From a virus (lineage: Duplodnaviria > Heunggongvirae > Uroviricota > Caudoviricetes), in IMG/VR virus record IMGVR_UViG_3300033156_001279, positions 13,069-77,068 of that record: 64,000 nt of DNA; one strand, written 5' to 3'. Made by a program: the position numbers and the translations under genes. Of the stretch, positions 46,653-55,325 are shown one piece after another (positions within the stretch are counted from its first letter, which is position 1; every line of letters starts with the position of its first letter). Under the pieces are notes generated by a model. That model did not search any database. It worked only from the letters and a program-made list of their open reading frames with translations, and was not told where the DNA came from.

Positions 46653-46683
46653 GGAGAATTAAAAACTCTCCTCTTTTCTTTTA
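46653..46683 (+). terminator. hairpin GGAGA-attaaaaac-TCTCC followed by a T-rich tract
   Basis: Seen directly. Sits at the convergence point of the rightward block and the leftward genes 46681-47974. Confidence 0.3.
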
Positions 46684-47106
46684 TAGTATCTCTTGTCTTT
46701 GTTCTAACATAATCTTCTTAGATATTTTTTCTAATGGAGTCGGAAAAATATTGTGAGCTCTCCGATAATCATCAATTTGCATAAGTTCTTTATCAGTGCA
46801 AAGCTCACAATCTTGTGGAATATAAGTTGTTAGAAAACCAATTTTAACCTTCTTTCCTTTTCCTACTCCTTCAGTTCCTAAATTACAATAAGTATTGTTT
46901 TGCGAATAAATTCTATCCCAATCTCGGTAGCTTACTAATTTCTTTACAAAAACTGGCTCTATTGATTTGGATTTTGGAACTGTTCTTTCTCTGAAATCTT
47001 TAATTCCTTGTTTTGCTTTGGGACTATTTTTCAGCATCTCCTGAAAACTTAAATACCCAAAACCTCCTTTTGATTCCGATGTTTTTGAAATCTGTTCAAA
47101 TGTCAT
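46681..47106 (-). CDS. hypothetical protein (141 aa)
   Basis: ORF co-oriented with the Rep-like gene and downstream of it. Confidence 0.35.
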   Translation of the reverse strand: MTFEQISKTSESKGGFGYLSFQEMLKNSPKAKQGIKDFRERTVPKSKSIEPVFVKKLVSYRDWDRIYSQNNTYCNLGTEGVGKGKKVKIGFLTTYIPQDCELCTDKELMQIDDYRRAHNIFPTPLEKISKKIMLEQRQEIL

Positions 47107-47119
47107 AATTTTATTAAAT

Positions 47120-47974
47120 TTAATAATTATTTCGACCTTTATTATTAAATGGCTCTAATTCATCAAGATTCTCATCAATAAATTTATGAATTGTTTCTAA
47201 TTTCCACGGAAAGTTTACATTGTCGCACAACCAATCCATCACAGCTACTATTTCCTCATCTGGATAACCAATAAGAGCTTTTGCTGGTCTTAACTCTCTT
47301 TTAAGAGCGGCTTGATATTGTTGCTGATTAGCAAACTGAAAATTTTTATATTCCCAATAAAGAGCAATAATTTGGATATGTCTCTTTTTATCTTTTTTCA
47401 TTTCTTCTAATTTAGATTTAAAAGAAAATTCTTTGAGTTGTGACTTAGTCGCAACATTCCTTTCTTTTGTGTTTCCTTTCTTTTGTGTTTCCTTACTATT
47501 AGAAGTAAAACTGTTTAACCCGTGATGTAAAACTCTTATACTCGTGAGTTTTAACTCTTTTACATCACCTTTGTAAGTGTTGTAAAACTCTTTTACTTCA
47601 CTTTCGCTCATATTTTTGAATTTCTTTTTAAGTTCTTTCAGTTCGCTAAAATCAGTTCTCCAATGTTTTTTACCCAAAAGCCAATATCTATTCGTGCATT
47701 GTTTTCCTATTCTCTTTTGTTTTATGAGTCCGAAATATCTTAAAACTTTAATCCCTTCATTGACTGTTGCTCTACTTAATGCTAATTCTTCAGCAATCTT
47801 TTTTTGAGCAGGAAATGCCTTTTGATTTTTATCAGCATATCTACATAAACTAATATAAATCATTGAGAAAGTAGTTCCCAAAATTCGAGCGTACCCATTA
47901 AGAAACTTATCATCAGTCCAATACCAACCCTTAGGTCTCATATCTCTCACTTCAAATTGTTCTTTTTCCTCCAT
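47120..47974 (-). CDS. HTH replication-initiator / replisome-organizer-like protein
   Basis: The N-terminal ...ISLCRYADKNQKAFPAQKKIAEELALSRATVNEGIKVLRYFGLI resembles the winged-HTH of plasmid/phage Rep (DnaD/RepA_N-like) proteins. Adjacent to inverted repeats at 48041-48115. Confidence 0.45.
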   Translation of the reverse strand: MEEKEQFEVRDMRPKGWYWTDDKFLNGYARILGTTFSMIYISLCRYADKNQKAFPAQKKIAEELALSRATVNEGIKVLRYFGLIKQKRIGKQCTNRYWLLGKKHWRTDFSELKELKKKFKNMSESEVKEFYNTYKGDVKELKLTSIRVLHHGLNSFTSNSKETQKKGNTKERNVATKSQLKEFSFKSKLEEMKKDKKRHIQIIALYWEYKNFQFANQQQYQAALKRELRPAKALIGYPDEEIVAVMDWLCDNVNFPWKLETIHKFIDENLDELEPFNNKGRNNY

Positions 47975-48009
47975 AATCTAATACAAAGCGAGATTCACAT
48001 GACAAAAAA

Positions 48010-48035
48010 CCACCTCAAAAAAAGGTGGCTTTTTG
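48010..48035. terminator. hairpin CCACCT-caaaaaa-AGGTGG flanked by A/T runs (bidirectional terminator-like)
   Basis: Seen directly, in the divergent Rep/MTase intergenic region. Confidence 0.3.
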
Positions 48036-48040
48036 CTTCT

Positions 48041-48115
48041 TGACAGCGACAAGAATCTGGGGGAATAAAACCCAGAGCTCTGAATTATATTTAAAAAATG
48101 TTTTTGTCGCTGTCA
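48041..48115. repeat. 12-bp perfect inverted repeat TGACAGCGACAA ... TTGTCGCTGTCA with nested TCTGGG/CCCAGA
   Basis: Seen directly. The arms are separated by ~50 bp. Candidate origin or operator next to the Rep-like gene. Confidence 0.5.
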
Positions 48116-48308
48116 TATTCTCATCTTACATTATTCAAAAACTTGTGTCAAGCCTTGATTATATTTTGAATTATTTAATTTGGCGAGATAGCAGATGCCA
48201 AACCGCCACGATATGAAACGTAAACAACTTTGCAGTCATAACCTTTCAGTCGTAGAAGTAAGGCAACTACTATCTTCACTATCTATCTTAACATTTTTTC
48301 TTGCGAGA

Positions 48309-48347
48309 TGTCAAGAGTTGACAAGGGTGTTCTAAAAATGATATAAT
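48309..48347 (+). promoter_or_regulatory. sigma70-type promoter P4 (TTGACA-aggg-N-TATAAT-gg) with overlapping palindrome TGTCAA-gag-TTGACA
   Basis: -35 at 48318-48323, 18-nt spacer, -10 TATAAT at 48342-48347, ATG at 48354. The palindrome 48309-48323 covers the -35 and is a candidate operator. Confidence 0.45.
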
Positions 48348-48353
48348 GGAGTT

Positions 48354-49175
48354 ATGGGCAGGAGGCAAAAATTATTTAAACCAATTACAGATGAAAGTTC
48401 TGCCTCTCAATATATGGGTATTAAAGAATTTAAAAATAAAATAATATGTGGAGATTGCTTAAAGATTTTACCAAAGATTCCTGATAATTCTGTTGATTTG
48501 ATAATAACTGATCCGCCTTATAATATAAGCCAAAAAGGTAAAAGTATATCAAGAAAATCAATGAGAGCAACTTCAATGAAGAGAAATATGGATATCAAAT
48601 TGGATTTTGGAGATTGGGATCATATGTCAGAAAAAAATTTTAAGAAATTTACAGAAGAATGGTTTAAAGAGTGTGCAAGAATTCTAAAACCGAAGAGTTG
48701 GATCTATGTATTTTTTAGTAAGGAGAGAATTGGATATTTAGCGATGAATTTAGATTTGAAATATGGTTTGAAGACAAGAACTATATTTACTTGGGTAAAG
48801 AAAAACCCAGCACCTCAATTTAAAAAAGTCAATTGGATTTCCGCAACAGAATTTATTTGGGTAGGAAGTAAAGGAGCAAGTAAATTGAAAAACTATGGTT
48901 ATGTTAAAGATATGTATAATTGGTATATGACTTGTAATAAATCCATTTATGGTAAAACAGAGCATCCAACAGAAAAACCAGTTGAATTGGTAGAACATTT
49001 CATAAGATATAACTCCAATGAAAATGATATAGTTCTTGATCCTTTTCTTGGTTCGGGCACTACAGCAGTTGCATGCAAAAGATTAAGAAGAAATTATTTA
49101 GGAATCGAAAAAAATAAGAAGTATTGTAGAATAGCGAAACAAAGAATTGATGCTCAAACTCTGCCTCTCTTTTAA
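48354..49175 (+). CDS. beta-class DNA methyltransferase (DPPY; N6-adenine or N4-cytosine)
   Basis: Motif IV LIITDPPYN precedes motif I FLGSGTTAVAC, which is the beta-class order. Confidence 0.7.
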   Translation: MGRRQKLFKPITDESSASQYMGIKEFKNKIICGDCLKILPKIPDNSVDLIITDPPYNISQKGKSISRKSMRATSMKRNMDIKLDFGDWDHMSEKNFKKFTEEWFKECARILKPKSWIYVFFSKERIGYLAMNLDLKYGLKTRTIFTWVKKNPAPQFKKVNWISATEFIWVGSKGASKLKNYGYVKDMYNWYMTCNKSIYGKTEHPTEKPVELVEHFIRYNSNENDIVLDPFLGSGTTAVACKRLRRNYLGIEKNKKYCRIAKQRIDAQTLPLF

Positions 49176-49179
49176 AAGA

Positions 49180-50250
49180 ATGGAATTTGTAAAAAAAATA
49201 CCACAAAATAATACAGAAAAAAATATAAGGCGGTTTATAAACTCCAATATTCAAGGAGATACACTGGAAGTATTAAAAACATTTCCAGAAGAATGCATTG
49301 ATTCAATTATTACATCACCACCATATTATTTACTAAGAGACTACCAAATTGAAAAACAAATTGGGTTGGAGAGAACTTATCAAGAATATCTTGCTAAACT
49401 TTGGGTAATTTTTGATGAAATAAAAAGAGTATTGAAGAAAGATGGAACCTGTTTTGTAAATTTGGGTGATACTTTTTCTGGCGGTGGATTTGGATATGGA
49501 AATATTACAGATGAAGAATTCAAAAAAAAATCCCCAAAACAAGGAAGCAATGTTGGGACTTTGTCGGGTAAAAGCAGATTAAAGATAAATAAATTAAGAA
49601 AATTGAAACAATGTCCAGCTAAATCTTTAATGCTCATTCCTCACAGATTCGCAATAGGAATGCTAGATAGAAATTGGCATTTAAGGAATACTTTGATCTG
49701 GATAAAGAAAAATGCAATGCCTGAAAGCGTGCGAGACAGATGGAAAAAAGCTCATGAGTATATTTTTTTCTTTACTAAATCGCCTAAATATCATTTTGAT
49801 TTAGATGCTATAAGAAGACCACACAAAGAAGTTTCAATCAAGCGAGCTAAATATGAGCAAGGTAGAAACGCATTAGGATTAAATCCGAGTAGCATGGGAA
49901 AAAAATATAAAGGCAATAAAAGATATTTTGGAATGCCTGCCAGAATGGTTAAATTAAATCCCAAAGGGGCAGTTCCGCCAGATTATCTCTTGGTTAATAC
50001 CAACTGTTCAGAAAAAGATACTTCGGAACACTATGCCAGCTTTCCACAGGATTTAATTATTCCCTTAATCCAAGCTGGCTGTCCTAAAAGAGGAATCATA
50101 TTAGATCCATTTATAGGAAGTGGAACAACAGGAATAGTCGCTCTCAAATTAGATAGAAATTTTATAGGGATTGATATAAAAGAAGAATATGTAAAAATGG
50201 CTAATAAAAGAATTGAACCATATCTAAGACAAACAAAATTATTTAAGTAA
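49180..50250 (+). CDS. beta-class DNA methyltransferase (SPPY; probably N4-cytosine)
   Basis: IITSPPYY, then C-terminal FIGSGTTGIVAL. The start is placed at the ATG at 49180 (MEFVKK); the ORF track shows a longer overlapping extension. Confidence 0.7.
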   Translation: MEFVKKIPQNNTEKNIRRFINSNIQGDTLEVLKTFPEECIDSIITSPPYYLLRDYQIEKQIGLERTYQEYLAKLWVIFDEIKRVLKKDGTCFVNLGDTFSGGGFGYGNITDEEFKKKSPKQGSNVGTLSGKSRLKINKLRKLKQCPAKSLMLIPHRFAIGMLDRNWHLRNTLIWIKKNAMPESVRDRWKKAHEYIFFFTKSPKYHFDLDAIRRPHKEVSIKRAKYEQGRNALGLNPSSMGKKYKGNKRYFGMPARMVKLNPKGAVPPDYLLVNTNCSEKDTSEHYASFPQDLIIPLIQAGCPKRGIILDPFIGSGTTGIVALKLDRNFIGIDIKEEYVKMANKRIEPYLRQTKLFK

Positions 50251-50256
50251 TTATCT

Positions 50257-50916
50257 ATGAACCCAGGTTCAAATGCGAATAAGAAAAAGATAATCCTTGA
50301 CTTATGTGGGGGAACAGGAGCTTGGAGCAGACCCTACAAAGAAGCAGGATATGATGTGAGGAATATAACCTTACCTGATTATGATGTTAGAACTTATAAG
50401 CCACCTAAAAACGTTTATGGGATATTGGCTGCTCCGCCCTGTGTGCAATTCAGTTTTGCTAAAACTACTGGTAAACCTAGAAACTTGAGAAAAGGAATGG
50501 AAATAGTTATTGCTTGTTTAAAAATAATTTGGGAATGTCAATATGATTTAAAGAGTCCTTATGCAAAAGAAACTACACTAAAGTTTTGGGCATTAGAAAA
50601 CCCTAGTGGATTACTCAAAAGATTTCTTGGAAAGCCAGTCTTTGAATTCTGCCCTTATGATTTTGGTGATGAATATCAAAAACATACTTCTTTGTGGGGT
50701 TATTTCAATATTCCGAAAAAAAAACCAACAAAATTGTCTAAAAGATTAAAAGAATTATCTAAAACTCATAGTCAACCTTTAGCAAAATATATGAAATTTG
50801 ACAGATTAAAAACGAGAGAGATACATCCAGAATATTATGGAAAATTAACACGAGCAGAAAGAAGGGCTATAACTCCATCTGGTTTTGCTGAGGCATTTTT
50901 TCAGGCTAATAAATAA
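50257..50916 (+). CDS. minimal C5-cytosine methyltransferase-like protein (motifs I, IV, VI only)
   Basis: ILDLCGGTGAWS (motif I-like), AAPPCVQFSFAKTTG (PC motif IV), FWALENPSG (ENV-like motif VI). 219 aa with no recognisable target-recognition domain. The ATG is immediately followed by the TGAACCCAGGTTCA palindrome. Confidence 0.45.
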   Translation: MNPGSNANKKKIILDLCGGTGAWSRPYKEAGYDVRNITLPDYDVRTYKPPKNVYGILAAPPCVQFSFAKTTGKPRNLRKGMEIVIACLKIIWECQYDLKSPYAKETTLKFWALENPSGLLKRFLGKPVFEFCPYDFGDEYQKHTSLWGYFNIPKKKPTKLSKRLKELSKTHSQPLAKYMKFDRLKTREIHPEYYGKLTRAERRAITPSGFAEAFFQANK

Positions 50917-52395
50917 TCACCAACCTTTCGGAATCTTTTTTCCTTCTTCAAACATAGAACCTCCGCCGACGCTAACTTCCCTGTCTTTTCCTTCCGAAGC
51001 ACCCATTTTATTAAAACCCTGTAGAGCCAAAGCTACTGACCAAAAATCATCCGAATGCTGAGTCCCAGTTTCCATACTCACTAAATCATTAGTAACAGAA
51101 CATATGGAAGTCAGCATTTCTTCATCATTAAGAAGTTCCAATTGTCGGTTCAAAACTACCTTTCCGAAATCAGTAGCCATCTGAACTCTTTTCTTGGAAG
51201 TAAAAACCACAGGGACAAATTGAGGAGACAAGAGTCCTAAATCACTGGCTCCTTCCAATTCTCCTCTGGTACTGTCATAAAAGACATAATCAATTCCAAA
51301 AACCCTTATAGCTTCTTTGACATATTCCAACTGAGTTGGTTTGAGAGGGTCATATGTTTCGCCAGAATAATAGCCCCAATTTCTCACACTCTTTCTGTGA
51401 ATGTGTATGGCTTTTCCTTTCCTGATTTCAAAAACATTCAAGACGCTTGGATGTTTTTTCTTTCCCAAATCCCAACCAGCTACAACCAAGTTGTCTGTTT
51501 TAAAACCTTCGATTATCGGGATATTTCTCAAACTCTCATTGACTATCTCCTTTCTCAACTTTTCTTTCTTAAAATAACTATCAGTTGAATAATACGGATT
51601 ACATTGCACTTCTGCTGAAAAAGCCTTTTCCCCCATAACTGGGATTTTCGCTTTTAATTGTTCCAAGGTATAAAACTCGGGCCAAGTCGGAACTTCATTT
51701 CCTTCTTTATCTCTGGTAATTCCTGGGTAAAAACGAACATGAAATTCTTTTTGGATTTCAGGATCAAAATAAATATCAGCACGGGAGATGGTGGACCCAG
51801 CGACATGAATTTCACCTCCAGGTTTGAGTGCTTCCAAAATAACACTCCTAAATATATCTGAGATTTTTAGAGTTAGAGTTGGATGAATCGGATTAGAAGG
51901 GTCTGAAAATAAATCATCGCATAAAATTATGTTATCCTTTGCTCCCCTTGTAAATGAGATTATTCCAGAAGGTCTGATCCTTATCACGTGTTTTCCATCC
52001 CAAGTATAAGCAGCAACATTCTCCGCTAAAGGTTTCAAATTTTTAAGTTCTTCGAAATAAGGATTTTTATCTATCAAACTTTTAATTTGCTGAATATGCC
52101 AACCAGCTAATCTATCATTAAATGAATAATATCTGATGCTCAAATCTTGCTTAAAGCCTTGGAACATTATTTTAAAGAGAACATAAGAGTAGAAACTTGT
52201 ACTTTTAAAATGGCTTCTGGCAGCGACCCTCATTGTTCTATCATATTTCTGAAGATAATCACAACATTCTTTGATATAGGACCCGCCAGTGAAATTGGTA
52301 AAACTTTCAGCAAATATTTTTGTTGTAAAAAAATAAAAGCTCTTTTGAGCTTCACTCAATATCTTAACTTTGGTTTTTAAATCTATATTTTTCAT
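50917..52395 (-). CDS. terL: terminase large subunit
   Basis: N-terminal ATPase region (RVAARSHFKSTS Walker A-like, ILCDDLF Walker B-like). C-terminal RNaseH-like nuclease (VAGWDLGKK..., ...METGTQHSDDFWSVALAL). The start is taken at the ATG at 52393-52395. The ORF track extends to a TTG at 52410, which lies inside the palindrome. Confidence 0.6.
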   Translation of the reverse strand: MKNIDLKTKVKILSEAQKSFYFFTTKIFAESFTNFTGGSYIKECCDYLQKYDRTMRVAARSHFKSTSFYSYVLFKIMFQGFKQDLSIRYYSFNDRLAGWHIQQIKSLIDKNPYFEELKNLKPLAENVAAYTWDGKHVIRIRPSGIISFTRGAKDNIILCDDLFSDPSNPIHPTLTLKISDIFRSVILEALKPGGEIHVAGSTISRADIYFDPEIQKEFHVRFYPGITRDKEGNEVPTWPEFYTLEQLKAKIPVMGEKAFSAEVQCNPYYSTDSYFKKEKLRKEIVNESLRNIPIIEGFKTDNLVVAGWDLGKKKHPSVLNVFEIRKGKAIHIHRKSVRNWGYYSGETYDPLKPTQLEYVKEAIRVFGIDYVFYDSTRGELEGASDLGLLSPQFVPVVFTSKKRVQMATDFGKVVLNRQLELLNDEEMLTSICSVTNDLVSMETGTQHSDDFWSVALALQGFNKMGASEGKDREVSVGGGSMFEEGKKIPKGW

Positions 52396-52410
52396 TGAAC
52401 CTGGGTTCAA

Positions 52411-52533
52411 TTATCTCCTGTTTCGTCCTTTACCAGTTCTTCGAGTGGGGCTACATCCGCCACGCCCTCGATTTGCTCTTATCCCTCTTCCACTTCCGTC
52501 TCTACGAGGTATTCCTCTTTTTGTTTTAGTCAT
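52411..52533 (-). CDS. candidate 40-aa Arg/Gly-rich micro-ORF in a locally GC-rich spacer between terS and terL
   Basis: Minus-strand ATG at 52531-52533. Translates MTKTKRGIPRRDGSGRGIRANRGRGGCSPTRRTGKGRNRR, stop at 52411-52413. Its GC content is visibly above the surroundings. Confidence 0.25.
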   Translation of the reverse strand: MTKTKRGIPRRDGSGRGIRANRGRGGCSPTRRTGKGRNRR

Positions 52534-52542
52534 ATTTTTAAT

Positions 52543-53004
52543 CTAACTTTGCTTATTTAAGACCTCCAAAATCTTTTTAACAGATTCTCCACCTTCTAAT
52601 GTGACCGAATATTTTTCCTGATATATCGATTTCAATTTATTCAGTTCAATCTCATCATTTCTAATCTCGGAATTTAACTCTTTTATATTTCTAACAGAAG
52701 GCTCATTTTTTTTATATTCCTTTTCCAATTGTTCAGTTAATTTCTTAATCCTTTCACTAATAGAAAAGATAGCCCCTTTCAAAATAATCTTATTGGGCAA
52801 AGAAATAAATTCTTTGTTGACAAAAGTAATTGCTTTCTTGATGGTCTTTTTAGAAAAGCCATAATCTTTTTCCAATTGCCAAATGGGCTTCTTCCTGAAG
52901 AAATGGTCAGACCAAATTTTGATATATCTTTCTTGGATTTCCTCATCCTCTTTTGCTGAAGGTCTTCCTGGATGAGTCCTATTTTTTTCGTTAGCTATTG
53001 ACAT
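52543..53004 (-). CDS. terS: terminase small subunit (putative, HTH)
   Basis: 153 aa immediately upstream of terL. HTH-like KKPIWQLEKDYGFSKKTIKKAITFV. C-terminal coiled coil. Confidence 0.4.
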   Translation of the reverse strand: MSIANEKNRTHPGRPSAKEDEEIQERYIKIWSDHFFRKKPIWQLEKDYGFSKKTIKKAITFVNKEFISLPNKIILKGAIFSISERIKKLTEQLEKEYKKNEPSVRNIKELNSEIRNDEIELNKLKSIYQEKYSVTLEGGESVKKILEVLNKQS

Positions 53005-53027
53005 AACTTTAGATAAAATGCTATAAT
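52998..53027 (+). promoter_or_regulatory. sigma70-type promoter P5: TTGACA-N18(TGC)-TATAAT-gg
   Basis: -35 at 52998-53003, overlapping the terS start codon on the other strand. -10 at 53022-53027. Confidence 0.45.
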
Positions 53028-53046
53028 GGATGTATAATAGATTGAT

Positions 53047-53322
53047 ATGAATATGGAAAACTTTAAAACTAAGGATTTCCCATTATCGGCCTTTCTTATT
53101 GCTAAAGGTTTTAGATTGCTTGATATTGAGAATCATTCCAAAAGAAAAACCTTTGTTTTTGAATCCAATCCTGAGATTAACAGATTAGCTCAGGCTTTTT
53201 ATTTTGATAAGAATAATTCCAAAAATCTGCAAGTGGATGCCAGAGAATTTATTAGAGCTGAAAGAGAACTGAAAACCAAGCTGTATTCCACTTACTTTGA
53301 TATTAAGACTAAAAGAGACTAA
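53047..53322 (+). CDS. hypothetical protein (91 aa)
   Basis: ORF 20 nt after P5. Confidence 0.4.
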   Translation: MNMENFKTKDFPLSAFLIAKGFRLLDIENHSKRKTFVFESNPEINRLAQAFYFDKNNSKNLQVDAREFIRAERELKTKLYSTYFDIKTKRD

Positions 53323-53377
53323 GGTCAAGTCCAATGGCTAGAAAAGAAAAGATAAAAAAATAAAAATATAAGAATTT

Positions 53378-53902
53378 ATGAGAAAATTAATCGATGAAAA
53401 AAATTTCATAGTTTCGGAAATTGAAGAAAGCGATATTGATAAATGGATTAAAGAGGAATTTAGGAACTGTCATCCTGAAAATCTTATAAAGGCAACTTTT
53501 CCAAAGAAAATCATGGACATTATCTGTTCCGACCATCATAAAAGTAAGGATGGAGGTTTCATCATAAGTTATGATTTCTGGGATGACAAGTGGTATATTT
53601 TCCATCATGGCTATATTCGGGAAGTCGAGGTTGAAGGAAAGACATTTTTAGAAGTTGCCCGAAAATATCTGAGAAAGATAGAAAGAGAGAACGAGCGGGT
53701 TCTATATCGGGAAATTGAAGAAGAAGCAAACAAACTCCTGCCAAAAAATATCTCGATTGAAATTTCTGAAGGGAGTATTTCTGTCTATGATTATTCCAAA
53801 GGAGAAGATAATTTAAAATGCATAGCTAATTATGATATTGAAAACAAAACAGTCAAGAAAGTAGTGAGAAAGGTGAATGAAATATTAAAGGAAACATATT
53901 GA
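53378..53902 (+). CDS. hypothetical protein (174 aa)
   Basis: ORF. Confidence 0.4.
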   Translation: MRKLIDEKNFIVSEIEESDIDKWIKEEFRNCHPENLIKATFPKKIMDIICSDHHKSKDGGFIISYDFWDDKWYIFHHGYIREVEVEGKTFLEVARKYLRKIERENERVLYREIEEEANKLLPKNISIEISEGSISVYDYSKGEDNLKCIANYDIENKTVKKVVRKVNEILKETY

Positions 53903-53912
53903 ACTCAGTATA

Positions 53913-54455
53913 ATGAAGAAAAGAGGATTAAGTTTAAAACAAAAGAATCAATTAGCCCAAAAATCAGATGATGAACTCGCAAAATGGCGAAGAATTGGTT
54001 CTATTTCATACTTATATCAAGGAAAAATATTAAAAAAAATCAAGGAAAATAACCTTTATAAGTATCTTGGTAAGAGTCCTGAATTTGAGAACTTTGAGAT
54101 GTATGTAAACTCACGTGGAATTGATTTGAGGAAAGCATACTACCTGATACAGATATATTCAGTCTTTGTAGAAGAGTATAAATACAAGCCTGAAGAACTT
54201 TCAGATACTCACTGGACTTCTTTAAGAAGTCTTCTGCCAGTTGTAAACAAAAAAAATGTTAAGGAATTGGTGGAAAAGGCAAAAATTCTCACTAGAAGTC
54301 ATTTGGATCAAGAAATAAAATCATTAAAGGCAGGCTTAACTTCTATGGAAGACTTAGGTAAGCATATCCACACTTGGAAATTTATTTCGTACTATCGTTG
54401 TACTATTTGTGGAGAGAGAAGTTTAACAAAGCCCAAAGATGGAAAAATTTTATGA
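53913..54455 (+). CDS. hypothetical protein with C-terminal zinc ribbon (180 aa)
   Basis: ...RCTICGERSLTKPKDGKIL C-terminus. The stop overlaps the next start as ATGA. Confidence 0.35.
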   Translation: MKKRGLSLKQKNQLAQKSDDELAKWRRIGSISYLYQGKILKKIKENNLYKYLGKSPEFENFEMYVNSRGIDLRKAYYLIQIYSVFVEEYKYKPEELSDTHWTSLRSLLPVVNKKNVKELVEKAKILTRSHLDQEIKSLKAGLTSMEDLGKHIHTWKFISYYRCTICGERSLTKPKDGKIL

Positions 54456-54748
54456 AAACGCTAAATGACATTTTAAAAGAGTATTATAGAAGATTTACTC
54501 ACGATTGGCCTCCCGAATGGTATACAAAGGAAGAGGCTAAAAATCATCCGATAGAAGCGGGAAAATTTCTTACCAAAGAAATAACCGAATTACTAGAAGA
54601 ATTAGTTGGAAAAGAACGAAAACTTCCTAAAAATGCAAAAATGCTTTTTAGCAATGAAGAATTGAAAAAAGAAAAATTAAGAAATTATGGTTCTAATTTA
54701 AGACGTCAATACCTTAAAACCCAAATTAAAGAAATATTAAAGAAATGA
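54452..54748 (+). CDS. hypothetical protein (98 aa)
   Basis: ATG at 54452 coupled to the upstream stop. The TGA stop is part of the 54746-54759 palindrome. Confidence 0.35.
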   Translation: MKTLNDILKEYYRRFTHDWPPEWYTKEEAKNHPIEAGKFLTKEITELLEELVGKERKLPKNAKMLFSNEELKKEKLRNYGSNLRRQYLKTQIKEILKK

Positions 54749-54841
54749 ACCCAGGTTCAAATTATGTTTTATAAAAATTTATCTAAAAAAGGTTTAAATA
54801 AATTAGGTTCTCATTATAAATAACTGAATCCGATATAAAAT

Positions 54842-55231
54842 ATGTTTAATAAAGAAAAATCATTTGTTAAATATCTAGAGAAACTCATACTTAAATACTC
54901 TCCATTATTAGGAGTGGATTCTTATTGGATTTTGGTTGATTCGAGAGCAAGCATTGCTGATGATCCCCGGACTGGTTTTCAAATAGAAATATTATATCCG
55001 TATAAACGAGCATTTTTGCATTGGACAGAAAAGGCACTGAATAAATACCAAAAAAAGAATTTCAAGCAACTTGAACAAGCAGTAATTCATGAACTTTGTC
55101 ATATTCCAGTTGCAGGATTGAAAGAAATAACTAAAGAACGTTATATCAGCGAGAGAGAAGTCAGTGAAAAAACTGAACATTTAATTGATCATTTTGCTAA
55201 TGTATTCTTTAAGTTAATAAATAAAGGTTGA
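54842..55231 (+). CDS. HExxH metallopeptidase-like (SprT/Wss1-like) small protein
   Basis: AVIHELCHIPVAG contains HELCH, an HExxH motif. 129 aa. Confidence 0.3.
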   Translation: MFNKEKSFVKYLEKLILKYSPLLGVDSYWILVDSRASIADDPRTGFQIEILYPYKRAFLHWTEKALNKYQKKNFKQLEQAVIHELCHIPVAGLKEITKERYISEREVSEKTEHLIDHFANVFFKLINKG

Positions 55232-55256
55232 CAATAGGACAGTTTAATATCTTAAT
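55228..55256 (+). promoter_or_regulatory. weak promoter-like TTGACA-N17-CTTAAT-ggg
   Basis: -35 is perfect. -10 is poor. Confidence 0.2.
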
Positions 55257-55325
55257 GGGTGCAATCACGGAATTAGTCAAATTCGAAAAAAAATAACTGA
55301 TAATAGGTCATAAAATAATATTAAG

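Noticed and set aside
40133-52410. Conserved MNPGS N-termini on three ORFs (40133, 50257, 52410), which could look like a shared leader peptide
   Set aside because: They result from translating the TGAACCCAGGTTCA palindrome itself from TTG or ATG codons at its edge. In two cases a canonical ATG lies just downstream. The conservation is in the DNA motif, not in a peptide.
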